A stretch of 64,000 nucleotides of DNA from an uncultured delta proteobacterium (GTDB lineage Bacteria; Desulfobacterota; Syntrophorhabdia; Syntrophorhabdales; WCHB1-27), in NCBI GenBank assembly GCA_963810935.1, contig CAWEPK010000008.1:736001-800000 (forward strand), read 5' to 3'. Shown piece by piece: positions 31,706 through 42,656 of this stretch. The stretch's first letter is position 1. Every line of letters begins with the position of its first letter. Below the pieces are notes generated by a model. It was not told where the DNA came from. It saw nothing but the letters and a program-made list of their open reading frames with translations, and searched no databases. A program made the translations under genes and the position numbers.

Positions 31706-31780
31706 AACGATGCGGCAGGCGGATGACATCGAGCTGTAAAGGGGGAGTTTAGAAACGGTGCGCTATCAACAAAGGAGGGC

Positions 31781-32251
31781 ATGATGATTTCCCTGAAGGT
31801 TAACGGTAAGGTTTACCAGGTCGATGTCCCGCCTGACACGCCTCTTCTATGGGTGCTGAGGGACAATCTGAAGCTTATGGGCACGAAGTACGGCTGCGGC
31901 ATAGGCGAATGCGGCTCGTGTACCGTCCACGTGGACGGCAAGGCGGTCCGCTCCTGCACTGTTTCGGCCGGCGACATGGGACGCAAGTCGATCACGACGA
32001 TCGAGGGCCTCCCGGAAAGCCATCCCGTAAAACGCGCCTGGGTCACGGAGCAGGTCCCGCAGTGCGGTTACTGCCAGCCGGGAGTCATGATGCAGGTAGC
32101 GGCCCTCATTGCCGAAACCAAAACACCCGATCCTGAGAAGGTCATTGCAGCAATGGACGACGTTCTCTGCCGCTGCGGGAGTTACCCGGCCATGAAGCGG
32201 GGCATTAGGTCGGCCGTCGCGATAGCCAGGAAGGAGGGGCGAAAATCATGA
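31781..32251 (+). CDS. IorA-like [2Fe-2S] subunit of a xanthine dehydrogenase-family oxidoreductase
   Basis: GTKYGCGIGECGSC, QCGYCQPG, LCRCG. Confidence 0.92.
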   Translation: MMISLKVNGKVYQVDVPPDTPLLWVLRDNLKLMGTKYGCGIGECGSCTVHVDGKAVRSCTVSAGDMGRKSITTIEGLPESHPVKRAWVTEQVPQCGYCQPGVMMQVAALIAETKTPDPEKVIAAMDDVLCRCGSYPAMKRGIRSAVAIARKEGRKS

Positions 32252-34441
32252 AATCATCCATATCCCGCCGTGATTTCTTGAAAGGGTTTCTGGGCGCCGC
32301 CGGATTGACCATCGCTGCCTCCGTGACACCCTTCGGTTATAAGATCCTCAACGCCTCGGACGCAGGAGCGGCGTTCAAGCCGAACGTCTTCTATCAGATA
32401 ACGCCCGACAACACGGTCAAGGTGTATATACCGAACTCCGAGATGGGCCAGGGTGTCAGGACGGCCTTCGCCATGATCGTCGCCGAAGAGCTCGACGCGG
32501 ACTGGGGTCAGGTCAGGGCGGTGCAGGCGCCGAACGCCGACGGGTATAAGAGCCCGATCCTCGGCGCCCAGATAACGGTCGCGAGCGCCAGCGTAAGGGG
32601 TTTCTACGAGCCGCTCCGGAAGGCAGGCGCCGCGGGCCGAATGATGCTGATAAAAGCGGCCGCAGAGACATGGAAGGTGCCGGAAGACCAGTGCGTAGCC
32701 GCACTCGGCAGGGTGAAGAACAAGAAAACGGGGCGCACCCTCACGTACGGCCAACTCTGCGCCAAGGCCTCCGGGCTGGCCGTCCCGAAGGATGTGGTCT
32801 TAAAGAAGGAAGGCGAATTCAGGTATATCGGCAAGCCGATGGCCCGTCTGGACATCCCCGAAAAAGTCAGCGGCAAGGCGGTCTTCGCCTCCGATATCGT
32901 CCTCAAGGACATGCAGTACACCGTCCTCGCGCGGCCGCCGGCCTACGGGGCAAAGCTCGTTTCATTCGAGGGCGCGGCTGCCGAAAAGGTCAAAGGGGTG
33001 CAGAAGATCGTACAGGTCCCGAGGGGCGTGGCCGTCTGCGCGGATTCGGTCGCTGCGGCCCTCAAAGGCCGTGATGCCCTGAAGGTGACGTGGGACAAGG
33101 GGGCCGTGCCCGACATGGACACAGCCTACGTCGAAAAATCCTTGAACGCGGACCTCGAAAAGCCTGGTATCAAGGTGGTCGATCAGGGCAACGTCAAGCA
33201 GGCCCTGACAGACGCGCCGAAGAAAATGAGCGCGGAATATTATGTCCCCTGCGTCGCCCACATTACGATGGAGCCGATGAGCTGCGCGGCATACGTGCAG
33301 GCGGACAAGTGCGAGCTGTGGGCGCCGACGCAGACCCAGACCGTTTCCATGGTGGTCGCCTCTAAGGTGTCCGGTTTGCCGATGAACAAGATCGAGGTCA
33401 ATACGCCCTTGCTCGGATGCGGTTTCGGAAGGCGGGCACAGCAGGACTATACAGCCGAAGCCGTTTCGGTGTCAAAGGCCGTCGGTAAACCGGTCCAGGT
33501 ATTCTGGACGAGGGAGGACGATATCAAGTACGACGGCTTCCGGGGAGCGGCCGCGCACAGGGTGGAGGCGGCCGTAGATACCCAGGGGAAGCTGGTTGCC
33601 TGGTCGCACAAGCTCGCCGCCACTTCTATTTTGCGGGACCTCAACCCGGGCGCGATAAAGAACGGCATCGATTATTACTGCCTGTGGGGCCTTGCGGACG
33701 CCCCCAACTCCCCTACGTGGAACTGCAATTTCCAGTACGAGACGCCGGGCCTGTATATCGAGCTGCTTGCTCTCCTCGCTGCCCGTGACGTGCCTGCCCT
33801 GGAGGTCGGTGCAGAACGGCCCCAACGCCTTCGTCATCGAGTCCTTCATCGACGAGCTTGCCCGCGCGGCCGGCAAAGACCCGCTGGAGTTCCGCCTGCT
33901 CAACCTGAAAAACAACATGCGGGCGAGCCGCGTGCTGAAGGTTGCGGCTGAGAAAGCGGGCTGGGGCAAGCCCCTTTCGAACGGCCATGCCCTGGGCATC
34001 GCCCAGCACGCCTGCTTCGGGACTTACGTGGCCCAGGTGGCCGATATCTCCGTAGACAAGGCCGGCGGAAAGATAAAGGTGCACAAAGTCGTTGCGGCCG
34101 TCGATTGCGGCCCTGTGGTCAACCCCGGTCCGCTGGTCGACCAGATACAGGGCGCCATCATAATGTCGCTGAGCGCCGCGCTCAAGGAAGAGGTGAAGTT
34201 TGCAAAAGGCGGCGTCGCCTCGTCGAACTTCGATAACTACCCCATAATGCGTATGAGCGAGGCGCCCGAGATAGACGTGCATATCGTAAAGAGCACGGAG
34301 AAGATCGGCGGCATCGGTGAGGTCGGCGTTCCCGCTGCGGCGCCGGCCGTGGCGAACGCGCTGTTCGCGGCCACCGGCGTCCGCATGAGGCGGCTGCCGA
34401 TGACTCCCGCGAATGTGCTCAGTGCGTCGAAAAAGGCTTGA
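32248..34441 (+). pseudogene. IorB-like molybdopterin-binding subunit, Tat signal; frameshifted near 33770 (possibly a sequencing error)
   Basis: SRRDFLK, EMGQG, GCGFGRR in the first ORF; WRSV..NAF, DCG, GGIGEVG in the overlapping second ORF. Confidence 0.85.
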
Positions 34442-34463
34442 GGAGTAGATACTCTTTTCGACT

Positions 34464-34494
34464 GGCCCGCCCGATTTCCGGGCGGGCCGTTTCT
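34464..34494 (+). terminator. Hairpin / probable terminator
   Basis: GGCCCGCCCG..CGGGCGGGCC followed by TTTCT. Confidence 0.5.
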
Positions 34495-34520
34495 CTAAAA
34501 CCGACCGGGGAGGGCGAGAC

Positions 34521-35102
34521 ATGAAGAAGTCGCTTGGTGCAGGTGTATTCGTCGGCGCGACAATAGTGTGGGTCGTGGGAACGTACGATAAGGAAGGCAA
34601 GCCGAACCTCATGACAGCCGCCTGGGGCGGTGTCTGCTGCTCCGACCCGCCCTGCATCGGCGTCTCGTTAAGGAAGGCTACGTACAGCTACTCCTCGATA
34701 GTCGAGAGGAAGGCGTTCACGGTAAGCATACCGCCTGCGGGTTATGCGAAGGAGACGGACTACGCGGGGATCGCCTCGGGCAGGGACATAGACAAGTGGC
34801 AGGCAACGGGCCTCACGCCGGAACGGAGCAAGCTGGTCGACGCGCCCTACGTTGCGGAATTCCCCCTCGTCATCGAGTGCCGCCTCGTCCACACTATAGA
34901 GCTAGGGCTGCACACGCGCTTCACAGGCGAGATAGCCGACGTAAAGGCGGACCCTTCAGCGCTCGGAGAGGACGGCGCAATCAACATAGAAAAAGTCGAC
35001 CCCTTCTTCTACATACCCGGCATCCGCACCTACTATCGGATAGGCCCCTACCTGGGGAAAGCCCACTCGATGGGCGCGGGCCTGGCGAAGACCCGGAAAT
35101 AG
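34521..35102 (+). CDS. Flavin reductase-family (flavoredoxin-like) protein
   Basis: PNLMTAAW, GIASGRD, ECR, GLHTRFTGEI. Confidence 0.9.
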   Translation: MKKSLGAGVFVGATIVWVVGTYDKEGKPNLMTAAWGGVCCSDPPCIGVSLRKATYSYSSIVERKAFTVSIPPAGYAKETDYAGIASGRDIDKWQATGLTPERSKLVDAPYVAEFPLVIECRLVHTIELGLHTRFTGEIADVKADPSALGEDGAINIEKVDPFFYIPGIRTYYRIGPYLGKAHSMGAGLAKTRK

Positions 35103-35187
35103 CCTGTTCCCGCCGCAAGGGCCTATCAGACATCTTTCTGTTGACATGGACGCGCGCGTGGTATAAACAATATTAACAGTACATCAA

Positions 35188-35370
35188 TGGGCGTAGGATG
35201 GCTCATTTGAGCCGAGAAGGGAAGCCGGTGTGATTCCGGCACGGACCCGCCGCTGTGAATGGGGACGAAACCCGGACGTATTGCCACTGGGCCGTATGCA
35301 TTAGACGAAACGGCCCGGGAAGGCGCGGGGATTAGGACGATCCATTAGTCAGAAGACCTGCCGCTGCCCA
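35188..35370 (+). ncRNA. Cobalamin riboswitch
   Basis: AGGGAAGCCGGTGTGATTCCGGCACGGACCCGCCGCTGT...GCCACTGG...GGGAAGG...AGTCAGAAGACCTGCC (B12 box); TTGACA at 35141. Confidence 0.95.
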
Positions 35371-35393
35371 CGGTAAAACTTGGAGAGAAGGTA

Positions 35394-35432
35394 AATCCCC
35401 AGGCTGACAATGTCGGTCCGGGGATTTTTTTT
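35394..35432 (+). terminator. Riboswitch-associated intrinsic terminator
   Basis: ATCCCC...GGGGAT stem followed by a T run, upstream of the first start codon. Confidence 0.7.
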
Positions 35433-35460
35433 ATTGCCCCGCCGGCGAAAGGAGTAGGAA

Positions 35461-35757
35461 GTGGCTAACGAGATTTCAATAAAGATCACGCCCGAGAACT
35501 GCCGGGGCTGCCGGCGCTGTCAGCTCGCCTGTTCCTCCTACGACCCGGGCCCGCTCAACCCGCGCCTCGCGGGGATCCAGATCCTGAGGCTCGATGACGA
35601 AAGCGGGGAATGGCCGGTCGTCAACATGGAGTGCCTGGAGCGGTTCTGCGGAAAGTCGAATGCGCAAATCGGCGCAGAAAGCAAGCCCGCGTGCGTGGCA
35701 GCCTGCCTGTTCGGCGCGCTGGAAATGGAAAAGGAATTACCCAATGAAGAAGAGTAA
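35461..35757 (+). CDS. 4Fe-4S ferredoxin-like AOR partner
   Basis: CRGCRRCQLAC and CVAACLFGA; GTG start with AGGAG RBS. Confidence 0.8.
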   Translation: MANEISIKITPENCRGCRRCQLACSSYDPGPLNPRLAGIQILRLDDESGEWPVVNMECLERFCGKSNAQIGAESKPACVAACLFGALEMEKELPNEEE

Positions 35758-37624
35758 GAAGTGGTACGGATGGAGCGGCACTATCCTGGAGGTCGATCTT
35801 ACCGGCGAATCGGTCCGGAAGGCTGAGCTTTCCGAGGAGCTGGCTTACAATTACCTGGGACAGGCGGGGATCAACGCGCGCATATTGCACGACCGCATCC
35901 GTCCGGATATGGACCCTCTGGCCCCGGAGGCGCCGCTGATCTTCGGCGTCGGCCCCCTGGGCGGCACGCTCGCCCCATGCTCCGGAAGGCTTTCCGTAAC
36001 GTTCAAGTCGCCCCTCACCGGCATATTCGGCGACTCCAACTGCGGGGGCCACTGGGCCTCCGAGCTGAAGATGGCCGGATACGACCATATCGTCATCACC
36101 GGAAAGGCAAAGCACCCCGTATATCTGTGGATCGACAATGATAAAGTGCAGGTGCGCGACGCGCGGTCCATCTGGGGAATGAGCACATGGGAGACGGACG
36201 AGGCGGTCCGGGACGACGTTGGCGAAAGGACCGCCCAGGTGGCGTGCATAGGACCGGCGGGCGAAAACCTCGTGCGGTTCGCCGCGATCATATGCAACCG
36301 GGCAAGGGCTGCGGCGCGATGCGGTCCGGGTGCTGTCATGGGATCGAAGAACCTCAAAGCGATAGCCGTGCGGGGTGACCGGGGCATAAACGTGGCCGAC
36401 AAGCCGGCCCTGCGCGATGCAGTGGACGAAGCAGTAAGCGCCATCCTGGCCGATCCGCTTTATCAGTCGGCCAGCTTGTATGGGACACTTGCCATCACGC
36501 CGCTGGCGCAGGCCCTTGGGTTCCTGCCCACCCGCAACTTTCAGGAATCGACTTTCGAGGGCGCGGACGGGCTGTCTGGAGAGGTCTTCATAAAACAGTT
36601 CGCCACCCGGCACAAGGGGTGTTACAACTGCCCCGTCGCGTGCAGCAGGTTGTACAAAGTCGGCGAAGGGCAGTACGCGACTGCGGGCGAAGGCCCGGAA
36701 TACGAGACGGTATCCGCCTTAGGCTCAAAGTGCGGCAACGGCGATTTCGAGTCGATCCTTCATGCCAATACGCTCTGCAACCAGTTGGGGATGGATACCA
36801 TCTCGACGGGAAACGTCCTCGCCTGGACAATGGAGTGTTATGAAAAAGACATACTGAGCAAAGAAGACCTCGACGGCCTCGACTTGCGCTTCGGCAACGC
36901 GGAGGCGATGGTCGAGATGATCAAGAAGATCGCGGCGAGAGACGGCCTGGGCGATGTGCTCGCCGAAGGCGCGTACAGGGCCGCGCAGCAGCTCGGCGGC
37001 GACGCATTCGTGGTGCACGGCAAGGGCATGGACTATCCTGCCGTCGATACGAGGGGGACGAAAGGCATGGCCCTCTCCTTCTCCGTCTCGCCCAGGGGCG
37101 GGGACCATCTGAAAGGTCTCTCCCTCTATGAAGTGGCGCCCGACGTCTACGCAGGGGACATCAGGAAGGAGACGGGCATAACCGTCACGCCGCAGTACTG
37201 GCTACAATACGAGACCAAGGCGGAATTGATGCGCTGGCATGAAAACTGGCACTGCGTAGTCGATTCACTCGGCCTATGCAAGCTGGAAGGAATCGCTCTC
37301 AAGCCGCTTTTGCCTAGACACTTTCAGCGTCTGCTCTCGGCTGCGACCGGATGGGGCCCATCGGTTGCGGACCTTGAGACGATCGGGGAAAGGATCTGGA
37401 ACCTGGAGCGCCTGTTCAATATAAGGGAAGGTATGGGCAGGCAGGACGACCTGCCGCCCCGCCGCCTGCTGGAAGAGCCCATCGCGACGGGGCCTGCAGA
37501 GGGGGAGCGGCTTGACCGGGGCCGGTACGAGCGGATGCTCACCGACTATTACCGGCTGCGCGGATGGGACCCGGAGACAGGCGTGCCGACCGGAGAAAAA
37601 CAACGCGAGCTGGGATTGGCCTGA
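35744..37624 (+). CDS. Aldehyde:ferredoxin oxidoreductase family (W-pterin) protein
   Basis: KSPLTG..DSNCGG, IGPAGEN, MGSKNLKAI, CYNCPVAC, GPEYE, DSLGLC, DYYRLRGWD. Confidence 0.95.
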   Translation: MKKSKKWYGWSGTILEVDLTGESVRKAELSEELAYNYLGQAGINARILHDRIRPDMDPLAPEAPLIFGVGPLGGTLAPCSGRLSVTFKSPLTGIFGDSNCGGHWASELKMAGYDHIVITGKAKHPVYLWIDNDKVQVRDARSIWGMSTWETDEAVRDDVGERTAQVACIGPAGENLVRFAAIICNRARAAARCGPGAVMGSKNLKAIAVRGDRGINVADKPALRDAVDEAVSAILADPLYQSASLYGTLAITPLAQALGFLPTRNFQESTFEGADGLSGEVFIKQFATRHKGCYNCPVACSRLYKVGEGQYATAGEGPEYETVSALGSKCGNGDFESILHANTLCNQLGMDTISTGNVLAWTMECYEKDILSKEDLDGLDLRFGNAEAMVEMIKKIAARDGLGDVLAEGAYRAAQQLGGDAFVVHGKGMDYPAVDTRGTKGMALSFSVSPRGGDHLKGLSLYEVAPDVYAGDIRKETGITVTPQYWLQYETKAELMRWHENWHCVVDSLGLCKLEGIALKPLLPRHFQRLLSAATGWGPSVADLETIGERIWNLERLFNIREGMGRQDDLPPRRLLEEPIATGPAEGERLDRGRYERMLTDYYRLRGWDPETGVPTGEKQRELGLA

Positions 37625-37630
37625 AGTGTA

Positions 37631-38086
37631 CTATCCGTACCGCGTCCTGAAGAACTGGTAGAAAAAGGCGACGGTAAGTCCGAACAGCATGTGGTTAAGG
37701 AGCCCGGCAACAAAGGCGGCCGGCCCGAGGAGCTTCGTCATATAAAAGCCCGGAGCGGTGACGACACCCGTTCGCAGACCTGCGTGGACTAAAGGCAAAG
37801 CGCCCATAAAAATGCCCAGGATCAGCCACTGGATCACGCTGAAGAGGAGGCCGAAGCGGTAACCGGGCCATCCGACGCCGGCCGACCAGAGGGCCGCGTA
37901 AATAAACGTAAACCCGACGCCCCAGACGAAGAGAAGAGTAAAGCCGAGGGGTTTGTTTTCTCTCCTCGTGAACATGGTGCTCAGATAGCGCTCCATGCCC
38001 ATCAGGTTCATCGTCGTGAGCCGCGTAGTTACGAATAAGACTCCTGTTGCCGCTAGACCCGCTATGAGAGCGCCCGGTATGCTCAT
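37631..38086 (-). CDS. Hypothetical membrane protein
   Basis: Four hydrophobic segments; conserved-looking NHMLFG. Confidence 0.65.
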   Translation of the reverse strand: MSIPGALIAGLAATGVLFVTTRLTTMNLMGMERYLSTMFTRRENKPLGFTLLFVWGVGFTFIYAALWSAGVGWPGYRFGLLFSVIQWLILGIFMGALPLVHAGLRTGVVTAPGFYMTKLLGPAAFVAGLLNHMLFGLTVAFFYQFFRTRYG

Positions 38087-38164
38087 TTATATAGGAAACC
38101 TGCGTATGGACTCAAAGGTTTTCAAGGTTGACAAACAGGCCTCCCTGCACGAATATTATTTATA

Positions 38165-38686
38165 ATGCGTAAAATGCGGCGTTCATTGGTTGTCATCTGG
38201 CTGCTTCTACTTGCGCTGCCCGTGCAGGCAGGGGCCGGGCAACCTTATCAGCAGGGAATAGAAGTAGGTATGAGGGGCGAACGTTACCCGGCGCCCGGCC
38301 AGAAAATAATTGCTGCGTCCGGTTCCCTGACGGGCACAGACGTCGTCGATCCGCAAAGGACTCGACTATGCAGGATCGACAGCATCGTCCTCGACCTCGC
38401 ATCCGGTTATATATCCTACGTAGTGGTCCAACCAGGGACGAACGACCGCCTCATCCCCATACCTTTTAGCGCGTTCAGGGCCACACCGGGAAAACAGCTC
38501 GTCCTCGATATCGACGAAGGCAGGATCTATACGGCGCCGAGCTACCCTAAGGACGCGAAGCCGGACTGGGCCGACCCTGTCTTCAGCCAAAACGTGGCGG
38601 CCTTTTGGGGGACCTTGCCGGCAGGGATTGCAACGGCGCGGACGCAACAGCAGCAGCCACAGTCTCCATCGACAGGGTCTAAGTGA
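38165..38686 (+). CDS. Secreted PRC-barrel domain protein
   Basis: ASGSLTGTDVVD..IDSIVLD..SGYISYVVV..IPIPF..AP. Confidence 0.75.
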   Translation: MRKMRRSLVVIWLLLLALPVQAGAGQPYQQGIEVGMRGERYPAPGQKIIAASGSLTGTDVVDPQRTRLCRIDSIVLDLASGYISYVVVQPGTNDRLIPIPFSAFRATPGKQLVLDIDEGRIYTAPSYPKDAKPDWADPVFSQNVAAFWGTLPAGIATARTQQQQPQSPSTGSK

Positions 38687-38701
38687 TCACCCGTGTTGCC
38701 G

Positions 38702-41141
38702 TCACATCTTCAGTGCTTCGGCTTTCAGAGAGACGCGCAGCGCATTTCCCGTCACCGTGATACTGCTCGCGAACATCGCAAATACAGCCAGGAGAGGATT
38801 GAGAAACCCCGACGCGGCTGCCGGAACGGCAATTGCGTTATAGAAAAAGGCAAACAGCAGGTTCTGCCGCATGGAGCGGGCTGCGATGACGGAGAGCCTG
38901 TAGGCGTCGAGAAATAGAGCGGGGTCGGACGTCGTGAAGCTGAGATCGCACGCCTCGCTCGACAAACCAACAGCGGCACTGACGCCACATCCCACGTCTG
39001 CTGCCGCGAGGGCGGCTGCATCGTTGATGCCGTCCCCGACCATTGCGACCTTGCGGCCGTCAGCCTGTAAGGCGCGGATGATCCCGACCTTATCCGCCGG
39101 AAGGGCCTCGCCCTTGAAGCTGCTTATTTCCAGTAAGCAAGCCACGGACCGCGTGGTTTCCATGGAATCGCCTGAGACAAGGTATACATCCATGCCCCTT
39201 GCCCGAAGCGCAGCCACCAGCTCGCGGCTGCGCTGCTTCAGGGTGTCGCCGAGTACGAGGAAGCCCCGCACTGCCCCATCCCACGCAAAAAACGCGACGG
39301 TCTTTCCTTCCGACTGCCGCAATCCGGCTTCGCGGGCAAACCGGTCGCCTAGCGCCATGGACGAGCATTCCATGAAAGCACGGCTGCCGATATAAATGTC
39401 CAGGCCGCTTGCGCGCCCCTTTACGCCCAAACCGTCGAACGCCTCGAATGCCCCGGCAGGCTCTATTTCTGCACCGATGCGCCTCGCCTCGCGGACTATC
39501 TCGCCTGCTATAAAGTGGTTCGAACGGACTTCGATAGAGGCAAGCCTGGCCAGCAACTCCGGCCGTTCGATCTTCTCGTCACAGACTATCGCTTCGAGGG
39601 CATACCTGCCTTCCGTGAGCGTCCCCGTTTTGTCGAAGACTACCGTATCGATCTCTTTCATCTTTTCGAGCGCCTCGGCTGTGCGTATGATAATGCCTTT
39701 TTTCCGGGCGGCGCCCATCACTGCCGCCTTGACCAGCGGAACGGCGATGCCGAGGGCACAGGGGCAGGCGATGAGGAGCACGGCAAGGGACCGCAAAAAA
39801 ACCTGCTGGGCCGCAATGCCCGTCCACAACGCAAAGAATCCCGTACCTGCGGCAATCGCAATGACGACGGGCACAAAGGCCCGGCTTGTCCGGTCGGCAA
39901 GCAGCTCGTACTTCCCTCTCCGGCCGAGGGCCTCCTCGACAGTCTCCACCATCCTGCCTATGACGCTTTCCCGGCTAGTCCTTAAAGCCTCAAGAATAAC
40001 GCCCTCCCCGCCTGCAACGACGCTGCCGCCCGGCGCCTCATCCCCGGTGTTTAAGGCGCGCGCCTTGGATTCACCCGTAAGGAAGGAGACGTCGAAGAGG
40101 CCGCTACCTTTCACGATCCTGCTATCGACGGGCAGGCCGTCGCCCGGTGCAGCGACGAATCTATCGCCCGGCCGTAATGCATCAGCCTTTACCCAGTGTT
40201 CCCTACCCGCATCGGTTATCCTGACCTTCCCGTCGAGGACGCGGTAAAGCTCCGTAATGCCCGATGTGCTCCGCTGCCGCGCCCGCATCTCGATATACCG
40301 CCCCAAAAGGACGAAAGCTGACGAGCATCGACGACGTATCGAAATAGAGATAGTAAGTCTCCATGCCTACCTGGACCGTACTGTAAACGTACGATGAGAG
40401 TGCGCCGATTGAGACGAGGGTGTCCATGGAAGGAAGGCCGCAAAAAAGGGAAACGGCCCCTCTGCGCAGGATGGGGAGACCTCCGTAAAAAAGAACGACG
40501 GAGGCCATGACCAGCAGAGGATAGGAGAAATAACGGATATCGGCAACATGCAGTTTCAGAAAAAAACCCGAATAAAGGGCAAAGGAGACCATCATAATAT
40601 TTGCCGTAAGGATGGCCGAGACGCCGAGCCTCAAAAGCAGCGAACCGGCATCGCGCCCTGCCGCATCATAGCCGTAGCCCGCCGCCAGGTGATAGCCTAA
40701 TCTTTCAGCCCTTGCCTCGATGGCCTTTGGCGATATTCTGTGGGGCAGGTATTTTACGCGGAGCGTATCGGTAGCGAACGAGACGTCTACGTAAGTGACG
40801 CCTTTGCTTCTTGCGAGCACCTCACGGATGAGCCAGGCGCACGATGGGCACCACATACCGGAGACGTGGTAAGTGAGATCGAGGGGCGCCGGCTCAGTTT
40901 GATATTGAGACAGCGCGCCGGCCCCGCCGCCGTTCGATGCGGGTATGATCGCCCACTCCACGCACGCGCGGTAAAGCTCCGTCTCCCGGAAACCCTCGGG
41001 AGGCACGCCATTGGCCGCAGAAAGGATAAGGAAGACCTGCCGGCATCCGTGGCAGCAAAAATGTAACTCCCGGCCGTCCCGGTGCTCCTCTATTTCGGAA
41101 GTTGCCGTCTCCTGACCGCAAAGGTCGCAAGGTTGCGGCAA
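38702..41141 (-). pseudogene. CcoI/FixI-like P1B heavy-metal ATPase; frameshifted near 40315 (possibly a sequencing error)
   Basis: N-terminal CDLC/FCCHGC and GMWCPSC; C-terminal ORF has LTGES, ACPCALG, DKTGTLT, GDGINDA. Confidence 0.85.
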
Positions 41142-41144
41142 CTG

Positions 41145-41639
41145 CTACCCCCCTTTGAGCGTCCGCAGGAAATCGATCACGGCCCAGGTATCGGTTGCGT
41201 ACACGGTCGTATATAACCGGGGGTGCCTCATGTAGCCCAACCTGATTTTCGCGTATAGCTCGCCGTCGCTGTGCAACTGGACGTGGCTGGACCGAAGGTC
41301 TGCGGGCAGCGGGGAGAAGCTCTGCCCGACCGTACCCAGGCCGTCCGCGCCTGGGCCGTGGCACTGGGCGCAATAATACCCGTATGCCAGCTTACCCCTG
41401 GCGACCGATTCCTTCGTTGACGGCACGGGGTTCCTGAGGGTTGCCGGGTCTGCATTCCTGAGTGCCTGGAACCCGTCGCTGACCGGGATCGTCCGCTCGT
41501 CCATTACCGGCATCTCTTTCTTGTATGTACGCACCGATTCCTGGTCCCTCATCCGCTGATAGTTACAACCCGTGAGTGCGGCAAGGCAAGAGAGGGCAAC
41601 GCAGTACGCAAGGACCTTTTTGACGCGGCTCATTGTCAC
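41145..41639 (-). CDS. Monohaem cytochrome c lipoprotein (ActE-like)
   Basis: Lipobox LTGC; CAQCH. Confidence 0.8.
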   Translation of the reverse strand: MTMSRVKKVLAYCVALSCLAALTGCNYQRMRDQESVRTYKKEMPVMDERTIPVSDGFQALRNADPATLRNPVPSTKESVARGKLAYGYYCAQCHGPGADGLGTVGQSFSPLPADLRSSHVQLHSDGELYAKIRLGYMRHPRLYTTVYATDTWAVIDFLRTLKGG

Positions 41640-42085
41640 GGTTGCTGCTCCTTGCTCGGGCCAGGCTCGGGAACGGACGGGATTTGATCCGGGCGTAATC
41701 CGGTCTTAGCCTCAGGCGGCTTCCGGTTGACATGCTGCGGCTCCGGCTGTTTTGCTTCGCCCCTGTAAGGATAGGTCGAATAGGCCGATTGCGCGGGCAC
41801 GTCGGGGATGCTCCCGTAATCCCAGTCTGGGGAGCCTTTGTCCCCTATCACGAAGTAGGCAAAAAACCCGTAAAGCGTAAACAGTAATGCGACGGCGCAG
41901 ACTATCACCCATCCGGTCAGGGCCGTCCGGCCCTCCTTACGGTCTTCTTCGACGCGGGCTTCCTGCTCCGTGGACTTCCGCTTTCTGCCGAGGAGTGCAA
42001 GAAGTGAAAGACCCGTCGCAAGAAGGAGCGTCTTGAAGAGTCCGCCCTGTTTTTCCTTTTCCTGAAGGATCCCGCGCTGCTCCAT
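41636..42085 (-). CDS. Hypothetical membrane protein in the oxidase operon
   Basis: Two hydrophobic segments; stop overlaps the next start. Confidence 0.6.
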   Translation of the reverse strand: MEQRGILQEKEKQGGLFKTLLLATGLSLLALLGRKRKSTEQEARVEEDRKEGRTALTGWVIVCAVALLFTLYGFFAYFVIGDKGSPDWDYGSIPDVPAQSAYSTYPYRGEAKQPEPQHVNRKPPEAKTGLRPDQIPSVPEPGPSKEQQP

Positions 42086-42100
42086 TTCAATCCTTTGCCG

Positions 42101-42373
42101 TCAGTAAGGACCGCCTCTGATGCCTACGTAGATCACATAGAAAATCGCCCAGACAACGAACCCGAGACAGATGAAAATGATAAACGGCGGCATCGGGAGG
42201 TCGCCGCCCCGGAGGCCGTCCGGGTACGTAAATTCGCGGCGCGCCTTCTCGCCGGCCCGCGCCTTTGAATAACCGTAGCTCCTGAAAGCGAGGTATACGA
42301 GGATTGCGAGCACGAGGCCGAGGAAAACCGCGAGCAGCCACTGCTGGTAATCCTGTAGAAAAAAGAGCCTCAT
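42101..42373 (-). CDS. Small 2-TM protein (CcoP N-terminal-like)
   Basis: Two TM helices; YPDGLRGGDLPMPPF resembles the cbb3 subunit III N-terminal motif. Confidence 0.6.
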   Translation of the reverse strand: MRLFFLQDYQQWLLAVFLGLVLAILVYLAFRSYGYSKARAGEKARREFTYPDGLRGGDLPMPPFIIFICLGFVVWAIFYVIYVGIRGGPY

Positions 42374-42380
42374 CTTTTGC

Positions 42381-42656
42381 CTATCCCCCGTACTGCTTGA
42401 AAACGGCGAAGCCCAAAGTCAGGGCGAGGGCAATAATCGAAGCCGCAATGAGGCCGGCCAATGCATAGACCTCCGGGCTAAGCTTCACCGAACCTACGGC
42501 TTTGAAGGTCTGTTCAAGGTCGCGCAGCGGAAGGTAACGCGCCCTCTCCTGCTCGGCGAGCTGGCCGCTCCTGTAACCCCAGACGAGAAGCGCCACCGCG
42601 GCAACCAGCCCTGCGGCCATAAGGCAAAACCAGGGAATAAGGCCGCACAGCATCAT
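42381..42656 (-). CDS. CcoS/FixS-like maturation protein
   Basis: LVWGYRSGQL.E.ERAR motif. Confidence 0.65.
   Translation of the reverse strand: MMLCGLIPWFCLMAAGLVAAVALLVWGYRSGQLAEQERARYLPLRDLEQTFKAVGSVKLSPEVYALAGLIAASIIALALTLGFAVFKQYGG

Noticed and set aside
33692..33951. Programmed frameshifting at iorB and the other split genes
   Set aside because: No slippery heptamer is evident and these families are not known for recoding.
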